A stretch of DNA of 64,000 nt. Origin: a virus. Shown here one piece after another: positions 42,130-50,172 of the stretch. The stretch spans positions 24,339-88,338 of IMG/VR virus record IMGVR_UViG_3300020404_000180; one strand, written 5' to 3'. Position numbers and translations under genes: made by a program. The notes below the pieces were generated by a model, which worked only from the letters and a program-made list of their open reading frames with translations, searched no databases and was not told the DNA's origin. The first letter of the stretch is position 1. Every line of letters starts with the position of its first letter.

Positions 42130-43986
42130 TTAATACTTATAGCTAGATTCTGGTATCACTCCTGTACCAGAAAGATTTGAACCACTGCTGATAGTGTCTT
42201 CTACAACACTTACAGTTGTATTATCTATACCTAGTGTCAAATAAGTTTCACGGAGAGAAATAAGGTCATTTGACTTTGGCGTTGCAGAAATTTGTAGTGT
42301 ATTATTTGCTACACTAGTAGATTGTATAATAAGGTCATTAATTACGATGTCACCCATATCGTAGTCTACAGTTCCCCATAGTCCATCAACATATTCAAAC
42401 TCACCAGTACCTTTGACATAGTAGAGTCTAAGTGTACCCGCACCATCGTCATTTAGGTAGTAAGTATTGATGTCATCACCCACGATCTTAAAACCAGACG
42501 AAGAAACTGAAGGTTCTTTCGATGATCCTGTATTAATTCTGTTTCCATAACATATGTTGTAGTTGACACGAGCGTTTAATTCGATAGGAACGTTCTTTCT
42601 CATGGTGACACGAGTAATGTTCGAGGTAATTGAGTTTTCTGCGTTGTCAATTACGCTCTGCACCTTGGAGAACTTGAACTTACCGCCAAATTTATTGAAC
42701 TCTGCACTTTGATTTAGTGCAGTTAATGCAGTAATCACAATATTCTTGATTTCTGACTGGTCACGACGTGTAATATTGGGATTATAATACACAAATGACA
42801 CCAAATCGATGAAAAGAATGCTTGGATCAATGATTGTTGGTTGAATTGCTGCCACAGAGAAGTCTCTTAACTTCTTAAGTATGGCATTTTTCTCTGAAAG
42901 AGATAATTTATCAGCATTTTTTGGTTTGATTGCCAAAAATACCTTACCATATTGCGGTGGTGACGCTTCTTCACCTCCATAACATGATATAGAACCGATG
43001 TTAGAGTAGATTTGCGGTACAATTGCTTCATAATCACGTGTACTAACCGCTCTACCGAACGCAGAATAGAATTTTGGTGCACCAAACTTGATAGATTCAG
43101 TGCTTTCCTCTGCTGCACCTCCGTCTGGGAACGCAACTACGGTAATTGTGATGCCAGAAGTGATAGCATTTAGGTTATTATCTCTAAATGTACCAATATT
43201 TTCAAAAACTTTTAGTCCGTTTGCTCCAGTTCCTGATGAAGTTGTGTATTTTACCTCTACAACATCACCATTTGCAAGGTCTTTACCAATAATTCCGTCA
43301 CCAAATAACACTTCGGGTACAGAATACTCAGATTCTTCTAAGAAATACACCTTAGAGGTTGCATCTATCTTGGTAATATCGGTTGCTTGCAAATATTTTT
43401 CTGTAATTGTACCACTTGTGACCTGTACAATCATAGATGAGGTGTCTGCCTTCTCGTTTGTAAGTATAAATCTCTGTCTTTGATTGATATTTCTTACAAA
43501 AGTATCAGTCAAGAACAAACCTTCAGACAAAACTATGTTAGAAAACGTTGCGATACCTGTTAAACTGTCTACAGAAACGGTTGTATCAGTCGGAAGAGAG
43601 AAAACAAAGTTGTTATTGTCCAATCCTGTGAAGTTTAGAACCAATCCTGCTGCCATTGTAACAGTAGTAGGGTATGGAAACGTTGTCTGAACTGCAATAT
43701 TGACTGTTGTAGTTGCACTTCTAGCACTTTTTGGAGTGTAACCAAGCATTCTTGCTAATTTTACGACGTTTTCTCGTAAAACTGCTGTCTCTAGGAACCC
43801 TTCGTTGACTGCAAGGTTCGCATTTACACTTGTATAGTAAGTATTATATGCAAGAGTGTCCAAAAGCACCGTCAAAGACGACCCTTCAAAGTCATAATCA
43901 CTAAATTGTGACTGTGATTTTAAGTATGCTTTAATTTGTGCCTTGATTTCGTTAAATTCAAGAGCATTAACTTGGTTAAATGCCAT
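42130..43986 (-). CDS. gp6: Baseplate wedge subunit gp6
   Basis: F.DYDFEGS.L..LLD.LAYNTYY, FGDG..G and RAV...DY motifs. Confidence 0.93.
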   Translation of the reverse strand: MAFNQVNALEFNEIKAQIKAYLKSQSQFSDYDFEGSSLTVLLDTLAYNTYYTSVNANLAVNEGFLETAVLRENVVKLARMLGYTPKSARSATTTVNIAVQTTFPYPTTVTMAAGLVLNFTGLDNNNFVFSLPTDTTVSVDSLTGIATFSNIVLSEGLFLTDTFVRNINQRQRFILTNEKADTSSMIVQVTSGTITEKYLQATDITKIDATSKVYFLEESEYSVPEVLFGDGIIGKDLANGDVVEVKYTTSSGTGANGLKVFENIGTFRDNNLNAITSGITITVVAFPDGGAAEESTESIKFGAPKFYSAFGRAVSTRDYEAIVPQIYSNIGSISCYGGEEASPPQYGKVFLAIKPKNADKLSLSEKNAILKKLRDFSVAAIQPTIIDPSILFIDLVSFVYYNPNITRRDQSEIKNIVITALTALNQSAEFNKFGGKFKFSKVQSVIDNAENSITSNITRVTMRKNVPIELNARVNYNICYGNRINTGSSKEPSVSSSGFKIVGDDINTYYLNDDGAGTLRLYYVKGTGEFEYVDGLWGTVDYDMGDIVINDLIIQSTSVANNTLQISATPKSNDLISLRETYLTLGIDNTTVSVVEDTISSGSNLSGTGVIPESSYKY

Positions 43987-44375
43987 TACGGTTTAAATGC
44001 AATTCTAATATCATCGAATTTAGGAGTCAATCCTAGTATAATGTATGAAACACGAACGTCTAATTGATTACGATCCTCTTCCCAATTTGCATCTACCTCA
44101 TAGACCGCAACTCTGGGTTCATGTATTTCAATAGCTTCAGTAATACGTACTTCGATTTCTGTTGCTAAACTGTCTGTGTAATTCTCAAATAACAAACCAA
44201 TGATGTTCCCACCAAAAGCAGGGTCAAATGGTTTCTCATAAAAGTTGTATAATACTATATTTTTTACTGCTGCTTTTATTGCAGCTTCATTCTTCAGAGA
44301 CAAGACATCGTTTGTCACTGCATTCTTCTCAAAAGTTAAACTAAAGTCACGGAATGACTTCGATGTCAACGCCAT
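43986..44375 (-). CDS. gp25: Baseplate wedge subunit gp25 (GPW/gp25 family)
   Basis: AIK.AVKNIV....EKPF.P.FG.....LFE...EPRV, directly upstream of gp6. Confidence 0.92.
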   Translation of the reverse strand: MALTSKSFRDFSLTFEKNAVTNDVLSLKNEAAIKAAVKNIVLYNFYEKPFDPAFGGNIIGLLFENYTDSLATEIEVRITEAIEIHEPRVAVYEVDANWEEDRNQLDVRVSYIILGLTPKFDDIRIAFKP

Positions 44376-44401
44376 ATACGGGTACTATACCTTCAATAAT
44401 G

Positions 44402-44409
44402 TATTTATA
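44402..44409 (-). promoter_or_regulatory. T4-type late promoter TATAAATA
   Basis: Exact consensus 26 nt upstream of gp25. Confidence 0.75.
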
Positions 44410-44605
44410 CTCGTTTTTCGTAATATTTTCTAAGGTATGCATCTGACCTTGGGTCAGTGATTAGATACTTACAATGCTCCCAACCGTTGTCATAGAAGTC
44501 ATCTGACATATCTACGGGTATGTTATGGTTTCTTTTGCCATCTACGATTCTATTTGCCTTGCCCACGATACCTCTTCTTCGCCTTGTTACGTGACGTCGC
44601 TGCAT
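44405..44605 (-). CDS. Hypothetical protein (true start probably an internal GTG, about MGKANRIVDG)
   Basis: VDMSDDF...YLITDPRSDAYL. Its 5' end overlaps the upstream basic ORF. Confidence 0.55.
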   Translation of the reverse strand: MQRRHVTRRRRGIVGKANRIVDGKRNHNIPVDMSDDFYDNGWEHCKYLITDPRSDAYLRKYYEKRV

Positions 44606-44690
44606 ATGATGTATGCTTTCCTCTACCCTGCGATGTCTTTTTGGGTTTTGCTTCTATGCCTACTTTACCCATGCTATACTGTGTTGCCAT
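44550..44690 (-). CDS. Small basic protein (46 aa)
   Basis: Not in the ORF track: MATQYSMGKVGIEAKPKKTSQGRGKHTSYAATSRNKAKKRYRGQGK, starting 2 nt after the PAAR stop. Confidence 0.75.
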   Translation of the reverse strand: MATQYSMGKVGIEAKPKKTSQGRGKHTSYAATSRNKAKKRYRGQGK

Positions 44691-44692
44691 AA

Positions 44693-44983
44693 TTAACCTG
44701 CAAATACGTTATCTGAACCTTCAGCGACTGATGTACACCCGCTGATACCATCACCTATTCTACCACATCCTTTGCCATTGACAAATACGGTTGTACTACC
44801 CGTTGCAATTGGTGCACTGTGGCCAGGACAAAAAGGACCTGCTGGTAAAAGGTGTCCTGTATTATTATCACCTTGGCGAGATACTCCGATACCATTCACA
44901 AATACATTATCACTACCCTGTGCTCTGGTCATTCCAGAACAATGAGTGACGTCTGCATCTCCGATACGTGTTACCGCTGGCAT
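44693..44983 (-). CDS. gp5.4: PAAR-domain baseplate spike tip protein (T4 gp5.4-like)
   Basis: PAVTRIGD...GS.NVFVNG...H...GS.TVFVNGK..GRIGD...C...GS.NVFAG. Confidence 0.92.
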   Translation of the reverse strand: MPAVTRIGDADVTHCSGMTRAQGSDNVFVNGIGVSRQGDNNTGHLLPAGPFCPGHSAPIATGSTTVFVNGKGCGRIGDGISGCTSVAEGSDNVFAG

Positions 44984-45189
44984 TACTTTCTCTCCCTAGA
45001 TACTAATTCTTGTAAGTACTGTGTATACTTACTCATCTCACTATGTTGTTCGTCCGTGTGTGGCGGTTCTGGCGACACAGGAGCAAACTTAATCAAGTGG
45101 TCAAAAGCATCGGGTAAGTCACCACACCGAGTATAGGTCAGTTTCTTACCCTTGTCCTTTATTATGAATTCTCCTTCGAGATTCTCCAT
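44983..45189 (-). CDS. Hypothetical protein
   Basis: P..FDHLIKF.P..PEPPHT..QH. Overlaps the PAAR start. CTAAATA late-promoter variant at 45205-45211. Confidence 0.7.
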   Translation of the reverse strand: MENLEGEFIIKDKGKKLTYTRCGDLPDAFDHLIKFAPVSPEPPHTDEQHSEMSKYTQYLQELVSRERK

Positions 45190-45236
45190 GATTTACTTTT
45201 TAGTTATTTAGAGTACAACGCGGGGTTACGCGGTTT

Positions 45237-45488
45237 TTAGGACTCTAAGTCTCCAACCTTATATTCTATAATTTCTTGAATACATGCTTCGTGGTCACAT
45301 ACCACGTCCACAAGTCTCTCGTAGTGACCGTCAGGGGTTCGTTTCATCATTAACTTAGAATCGTTAACCTTGGTCTCTAGTTCGTTAAGTTTATCTGTGA
45401 GCATGTCTATTGCTTTCCACGCTGCAGATTGTCTCATAATTAACTCTTCATATTTCCTATCAACATGAGTGTGGTAATCACCTGACAT
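45237..45488 (-). CDS. Hypothetical protein (coiled coil)
   Basis: ORF track; coupled to the upstream ORF. Confidence 0.6.
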   Translation of the reverse strand: MSGDYHTHVDRKYEELIMRQSAAWKAIDMLTDKLNELETKVNDSKLMMKRTPDGHYERLVDVVCDHEACIQEIIEYKVGDLES

Positions 45489-45705
45489 TTAATTCCTCCT
45501 TGTTAAGGTATACTTCGTTGAGGTCGTAATTGATACGCCAATTGTCAGTGTTAACGTAGTAACCTACGATGCCTGACTCGTCTGACGTGTAACCGTAACC
45601 TCGTACCCTCTCATTTATATCACCAAGTCTAAAAGTTTTGTTGGTGTGAAGGTAAGTTCCGTATTTTTCGTCGAGACGTATCATTTTAGGTACTAAAGAA
45701 TGCAA
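45478..45705 (-). CDS. Hypothetical protein (start possibly MIRLDEK)
   Basis: Lies downstream of the sigma70-type promoter at 45726-45754. Confidence 0.6.
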   Translation of the reverse strand: MHSLVPKMIRLDEKYGTYLHTNKTFRLGDINERVRGYGYTSDESGIVGYYVNTDNWRINYDLNEVYLNKEELNVR

Positions 45706-45725
45706 TCTGTTTTAGTATGTATACG

Positions 45726-45754
45726 ATTCTATCAGGAAGTCAACACATTGTCAA
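45726..45754 (-). promoter_or_regulatory. sigma70-type promoter TTGACA-N17-TAGAAT
   Basis: tgtcaa at 45749-54 and attcta at 45726-31 on +, with a 17-nt spacer. Confidence 0.7.
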
Positions 45755-46203
45755 GTATAAATGTAACCAATTACATCATCTGGTAAGTTAGGTATCTCAG
45801 TCAATCTATCATAATGCTTGACAACACGTCTCCATTTATTCGGTGTAAACATGAACTCACCAACGTTATCTGCAATACGTTCTTTCTTGTACTTAGTGTA
45901 TGCTTCCTTGCAAGTCCATAACCGATAGAACCACTCCTTGTCCTTAGTAACCTCCATGTGATGAAAGTATCTCCTAGAGATTTTCTCAAAGGGACGTTCT
46001 TTCATATACTCGATGTCAATACCAACTTGTTTACTAGAGACAGCAACAACTGAGTAGGTATGTGTATCGGATTTATTCCAGTGTAACGTTACTGGTTTCT
46101 TACAGTCTAATGTGTAAGTGTCCAAGTAATCTCGAAGGGACGCTCTTACATCATCAGTAAAGTATACAGTCGTATCGACGTTTTGAAAAATGACCTGTGG
46201 CAA
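45751..46203 (-). CDS. 4'-phosphopantetheinyl transferase (Sfp/ACPS family)
   Basis: HWNKSDT (FNxSHS-like), VGIDIE and FYRLWTCKEAYTK are the canonical PPTase motifs in the right order. TTG start. Confidence 0.8.
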   Translation of the reverse strand: MPQVIFQNVDTTVYFTDDVRASLRDYLDTYTLDCKKPVTLHWNKSDTHTYSVVAVSSKQVGIDIEYMKERPFEKISRRYFHHMEVTKDKEWFYRLWTCKEAYTKYKKERIADNVGEFMFTPNKWRRVVKHYDRLTEIPNLPDDVIGYIYT

Positions 46204-46548
46204 AATTTTACGAAAAAAAATATTTTGTTTTTAGGGAACCTTGTATCACGTTCGCGAATGCAAGACTTTATAGCTTATCGCTATGGGACTCCTTTAAATA
46301 CGCCCCCCGCCCGCGAACTGGGTTAAGGGGACTGGCAGCAGATGTCTGACCTATCCTAACTCCTTTGCGAAGTCTAACTAAGGTCTCAGGGATGCCCGCC
46401 AGTCTTAAAGTGTGGTCTTACATCAATTGGCAATACGCGAGATGAACGCCACGGAGCATAGGATGTGGACTTATAGTAGTAGAGGTCTCCACACATAAAG
46501 GGCATGTTCCACTGGGGTCGCCCACCCTTGCCTACTACATGCCACGCA
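46204..46548 (-). ncRNA. Candidate structured non-coding RNA or origin region
   Basis: 345 nt with no convincing ORF. Several stems (46330-36/46398-404, 46464-69/46488-93, 46501-07/46537-43), a G-tract and an A/T tract. Confidence 0.35.
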
Positions 46549-46749
46549 CTATGCTACACCAACCATGCGTTCTATGTCCTGCATGAAGTCGTCATACTTC
46601 CACTGTGCAGACTGGTTGAGCATCTGCTGTCCATACATGGGTAGGTCACCTGTGTCGGTTGCCTCTGCTACTACCTCGTCGTAGCATGCCTGATATATAC
46701 CCTCTCTAGTTACGGGGTAGTCTGTAATGTCAATGTAAAGAAAGTCCAT
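46549..46749 (-). CDS. Early hypothetical protein
   Basis: Preceded by TATAAT at 46774-79. Confidence 0.65.
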   Translation of the reverse strand: MDFLYIDITDYPVTREGIYQACYDEVVAEATDTGDLPMYGQQMLNQSAQWKYDDFMQDIERMVGVA

Positions 46750-46792
46750 AATAACGTTTGTCTGTATGTTCTTATTATAGAGGATAAGTCCC

Positions 46793-46972
46793 CTATATGG
46801 AAGTACCCTCTATACAAGGGGGTGTATAATAAGTACCTAGTTCAGCTGAGTCGTACTTGTAGAAAAGTTGATAATAGAGGTCGTTCATTAAACCGAATTC
46901 AAACGAAGTCGTAGCGTGGTCGTCTGTTTCCCCGTGATAGCACTTTAGGATTTCTTCGTAATTAATGGTCAT
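46793..46972 (-). CDS. Early hypothetical protein (start MTINYEE)
   Basis: Internal ATG overlapping the end of the upstream ORF. Confidence 0.55.
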   Translation of the reverse strand: MTINYEEILKCYHGETDDHATTSFEFGLMNDLYYQLFYKYDSAELGTYYTPPCIEGTSI

Positions 46973-47189
46973 AGAATAAAGGGTGATTAGTTTCAAAGGG
47001 TTCGGGTTCGTAAGAAGTCGAGGCGTCAATGTTTTGTTTTAGGTTTGGGTCGTAAAGTCTAATTGACAGTTCGGCATCATCTGCAGTGCCTACCCAACCT
47101 TTGCGGTCTAGAGCATCGTCTATGATGTTCCAGACCTTGTGAACTTCTTCATCATTTAAGAATGAGCAGATGTTCCAGTATTTGTCCAT
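46962..47189 (-). CDS. Early hypothetical protein (start MDKYWN)
   Basis: GGAGG Shine-Dalgarno upstream and a TAATG stop/start overlap with the upstream ORF. Confidence 0.65.
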   Translation of the reverse strand: MDKYWNICSFLNDEEVHKVWNIIDDALDRKGWVGTADDAELSIRLYDPNLKQNIDASTSYEPEPFETNHPLFYDH

Positions 47190-47371
47190 TAGCGAACCTC
47201 CATCCACTTGAACTCAGACTTAGTACCGCATTTGAAGATTGTAGCGGGTTCGCCTTCGTTGCTTGCAATATACTGAGCAAGGGATTTAGCATCTGCGAAA
47301 GTTGCTGTGTAGTCTGCCCAACTTCTAAGGTCGTTGCCCCATGATGTTGGTTGTACTGCCCATGTAGTCAT
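47189..47371 (-). CDS. Early hypothetical protein (start MTTWAVQP)
   Basis: TATAAT at 47400-05 and an AGGA RBS make the internal ATG at 47371 the likely start. Confidence 0.65.
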   Translation of the reverse strand: MTTWAVQPTSWGNDLRSWADYTATFADAKSLAQYIASNEGEPATIFKCGTKSEFKWMEVR

Positions 47372-47466
47372 GTTGTTTTGTCCTGTGTGGTATATACTTA
47401 TTATAACGTCATCTATGACGTTTATAAGTCTTTGTTTGTAGATTGAAATAGTTTGTAACATAACGA

Positions 47467-47634
47467 TTAATGTCTGTCTGAGATGTTCCAGTGTCCGTGC
47501 AATGTTGGTAGCGGTTCAAAGTTGCGTGCTTCCATGTCTGCTAGGACTGCTTGAACTATAGGGTCATTCGCTGCTGCCTCGTTCATTAGTACACGTCCGT
47601 TGCAGTAGGGTTTGAGTTCGTTTGTTTGTTTCAT
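47467..47634 (-). CDS. Early hypothetical protein (55 aa, probably leaderless)
   Basis: Not in the ORF track: MKQTNELKPYCNGRVLMNEAAANDPIVQAVLADMEARNFEPLPTLHGHWNISDRH. The ATG is 6 nt downstream of TATAAT (47641-46). Confidence 0.65.
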   Translation of the reverse strand: MKQTNELKPYCNGRVLMNEAAANDPIVQAVLADMEARNFEPLPTLHGHWNISDRH

Positions 47635-47676
47635 ACCTTTATTATAATACGTATCGCATGTATGTGTAGTTACCTT

Positions 47677-47698
47677 GTGCCAGTTTATAAACTGTCTA
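47677..47698. promoter_or_regulatory. 22-bp early-promoter palindrome between divergent promoters
   Basis: gtgccagtttataaactgtcta. TATAAT lies 30 nt away on - (47641-46) and CATAAT 30 nt away on + (47729-34). Confidence 0.75.
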
Positions 47699-47755
47699 GC
47701 ACTGGTTAAATTGCGTCCCAGTATATGTCATAATGACTATAGAGTTAATCAGGTT

Positions 47756-48055
47756 ATGCAATCACACAGTATTACCGTTGGTCTAAACATCGGCACTGAA
47801 GGCAAAGTTACCCGCCAAATGTGGGACGACTTCGTTATTAACACGGTTGCATCTCATCTAGATTACTGCACTATAACCGACTGCGTAGGCATTTACCAAG
47901 GTACCGTAGAGCAATCAAAATGCCTCACTGTCCTTACTGACGATGCAGCGGTTATTAAGTCACTTCTTAAAGTGGGCGATATCTACAAGAAAGCATTCCG
48001 TCAGGATGCTATAATGTATAACGTTACCGCTGTCCCCTCTCTCTCTTTTCTCTAA
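47756..48055 (+). CDS. DUF3574-like / phage SAM-lyase-like protein
   Basis: Start MQSHSIT after the CATAAT promoter. W.DFV...V...T..D..GxY.G..E.S...YKK.F.QDAI pattern. Confidence 0.55.
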   Translation: MQSHSITVGLNIGTEGKVTRQMWDDFVINTVASHLDYCTITDCVGIYQGTVEQSKCLTVLTDDAAVIKSLLKVGDIYKKAFRQDAIMYNVTAVPSLSFL

Positions 48056-48218
48056 ACCATGGAATACGCCCGCAGCATCTGGAAAGCAATTTATGCATTT
48101 GCTCTCACTATCCTTTATTTTTTTGACGCATGAAAGTTGTAATCACACCAGCACATATAACAATGCAGCTGCCCCGTGCATCGCGTCCCGTATACAACAG
48201 GGACGGATTTCCATATGG

Positions 48219-48277
48219 TAGACGGTTGGGAAAGTGTCACAACAAAACCCCACTACCTACAGTAGCGAGGTTATAAT
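48219..48277 (+). promoter_or_regulatory. Early promoter: palindrome plus TATAAT
   Basis: tagacggttgggaaagtgtcac (48219-40), 31 nt, TATAAT (48272-77). Confidence 0.7.
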
Positions 48278-48302
48278 AGGTACATACCACACAGGAGCAT
48301 TT

Positions 48303-48632
48303 ATGCGAATCGTTGAAGAAAACATGAACACAGCAATCCGTTACAGACGTAACTGGGCATCATCGAACACTATGGTGAGATGCTTCAAAGAGGTTGTAGA
48401 AGTTTACCTCCACGGAAACCACATTGCATCAGTTGACACAGCGACCAACAACCTAACCTTATTTGATGGTGGTTGGCAGAGTGTAACAACTAAGTCACGC
48501 TTGAACGCTCTACTAACAGAATTCACCCATGGCGGTTTGTCTGTTGTACAGAGGAACTTCGACTGGTTTATTAGAGACAATGACTTCACCAATAAACCAC
48601 TTGTTCCCTTCGTCTCAGGTATGCAAGTGTGA
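48303..48632 (+). CDS. Early hypothetical protein (start MRIVEENM)
   Basis: AGGAG RBS before the ATG at 48303. VYLHGNHIA...DGGWQS.TTKSRLNALL...Q.NF.WF motif. Confidence 0.75.
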   Translation: MRIVEENMNTAIRYRRNWASSNTMVRCFKEVVEVYLHGNHIASVDTATNNLTLFDGGWQSVTTKSRLNALLTEFTHGGLSVVQRNFDWFIRDNDFTNKPLVPFVSGMQV

Positions 48633-48690
48633 ACACACACTTGTATCATATGTACTAGCACTATCCAAACCTATTCTGTATAATAAAGGC

Positions 48691-48879
48691 ATGACTACTA
48701 AACAAAACCCAGAGTGGATTCGCACTCTTAACATTACTGAAGCAGAGGAAGCAGTCCTTGTTTCAATCGCTCGTTACTTCGTTGACATGGGATTACCAGA
48801 CGACATTGACGAATCAGATTTTGACACTCTAGTTGAGAAAATTTGCGAACCATCACCTTTTGACTATGCCACAAACTAA
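48691..48879 (+). CDS. Early hypothetical protein (leaderless, MTTKQNPEW)
   Basis: ATG is 6 nt after TATAAT (48679-84). Confidence 0.65.
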   Translation: MTTKQNPEWIRTLNITEAEEAVLVSIARYFVDMGLPDDIDESDFDTLVEKICEPSPFDYATN

Positions 48880-49129
48880 CGACTATTACAACAGCGTTCT
48901 ATTCGGGATGAGTTTCCGAATAGACGACCAAGGTTTACTCCTAGCATGTCCCACCTTTAAGGACGGGCAACCAGACATAGACAACGAGGGTGCTGTTTAC
49001 GACTGGGAGAACTGGGACGAGTTAAACCATCATCACCACGTTGCTCTCATGGGTGTTATTCAGTATTGCATACTGGCACGCGACACCCGCAGGGTGGACT
49101 ACTACGCGAGGGTATTCAATGGACGCTAA
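48866..49129 (+). CDS. Early hypothetical protein (MPQTNDYY)
   Basis: Internal ATG overlapping the previous ORF. Confidence 0.6.
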   Translation: MPQTNDYYNSVLFGMSFRIDDQGLLLACPTFKDGQPDIDNEGAVYDWENWDELNHHHHVALMGVIQYCILARDTRRVDYYARVFNGR

Positions 49130-49373
49130 GTTATTACTAGAACTTAAAGAGTTCTTGACAGAGAGAATGGTGGACAACATGTCCACCCAAGACCTAGTAG
49201 AGTATGTGTCAGATGACCTCTTTAAGTACTTTGACAAACTAGGTGAACATGAATTCTTACAAGAAGCAAAGAACTACTGGGACGACTCATTTGACGAGGT
49301 TGTAGAAGAGGTTAAAGACTATATGAAGTGCGACTTCAAACGAGAACCAGGTAATACAGTTCGTCACCCATAG
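49119..49373 (+). CDS. Early acidic helical hypothetical protein (MDAKLLLEL)
   Basis: GAGG RBS. ERMVDNMST.DLVEYV.DDL motif. Confidence 0.65.
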   Translation: MDAKLLLELKEFLTERMVDNMSTQDLVEYVSDDLFKYFDKLGEHEFLQEAKNYWDDSFDEVVEEVKDYMKCDFKREPGNTVRHP

Positions 49374-49374
49374 T

Positions 49375-49417
49375 TGTAAAAAATGATACAGCAGGTCAGC
49401 TTGACTTGCTGTATAAT
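49375..49417 (+). promoter_or_regulatory. Canonical NtcA-activated promoter (TGTA-N8-TACA, 22 nt, TATAAT)
   Basis: tgtaaaaaatgataca at 49375-90 and TATAAT at 49412-17. Matches GTA-N8-TAC-N22-TAN3T exactly. Confidence 0.7.
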
Positions 49418-49585
49418 AGAAGTATAGAGAGTTGGGTCGCTCGTTAAATCTTCGACACCCAAGCAGCTGAATTTTCTCGGTGAACATACTGGTGTTACAA
49501 TTGATACCATGTATCATATGTACATACACAAGGGGTTGCATATCGTTTATAATAAACACATGAACAAAACAAATCCTTTAACCTT

Positions 49586-50083
49586 ATGCCTAATCATTGC
49601 TACAATCGTGTTACATTCTACAGCGACGACACTACCGCAATTCTAAAGTTACATAAGATTTTTAATGGTGACACTGACACCCAAACAGTATTTGAGAACT
49701 TCATACCCGAACCAAACTGGGCGGAGATTCCCTTAACAGAAAACACACTTAAAGAGCATGGTTTTTCATCACCAAGAGGTGAAGTGGGTGAACTACCCGA
49801 ACTGATAGACCATGAAATCATGGGCAAATGTTTACGCTTCAAATCTACAGATGCACAAGATGATCGCTGGTATAACTGGCGAGTCCAAAACTGGGGCACT
49901 AAGTGGGATGCCTATGACCTAAGCATAGAAGAAGACGATATGCCCTATGGTTTCCAAGTCACCTTTAACACTGCGTGGTCACCTCCAGAGGAGATTTGCC
50001 ACGCTATCAGAGACCAATTTGATGACCTTAGCGTCTCATGGTTCTATGACGAACCAGGTTGTGAAGTTGCAGGGTATCTATAA
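49586..50083 (+). CDS. DUF1281/YubB ferredoxin-like family protein
   Basis: MPNHC.N...WYNWR..NWGTKWD...F.TAWSPP...YDEPG. Confidence 0.8.
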   Translation: MPNHCYNRVTFYSDDTTAILKLHKIFNGDTDTQTVFENFIPEPNWAEIPLTENTLKEHGFSSPRGEVGELPELIDHEIMGKCLRFKSTDAQDDRWYNWRVQNWGTKWDAYDLSIEEDDMPYGFQVTFNTAWSPPEEICHAIRDQFDDLSVSWFYDEPGCEVAGYL

Positions 50084-50092
50084 ATGCTCAGT

Positions 50093-50151
50093 GTGCCAAT
50101 TAAAGAACTGCCACACCCTATGCAGTTCTTTGCCTTCCTATCCTCTATAAT
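50093..50151 (+). promoter_or_regulatory. Early promoter: palindrome plus TATAAT
   Basis: gtgccaattaaagaactgccac (50093-114), 31 nt, TATAAT (50146-51). Confidence 0.7.
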
Positions 50152-50172
50152 ATACGTATACAAACAAACATC

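Noticed and set aside
1954-44433. Dozens of 60-170 aa plus-strand and alternate-frame ORFs overlapping the structural genes
   Set aside because: They are antisense or off-frame shadows of the biased codon usage of the Thr/Gly/Ser-rich genes, with no RBS, promoter or recognisable motifs.
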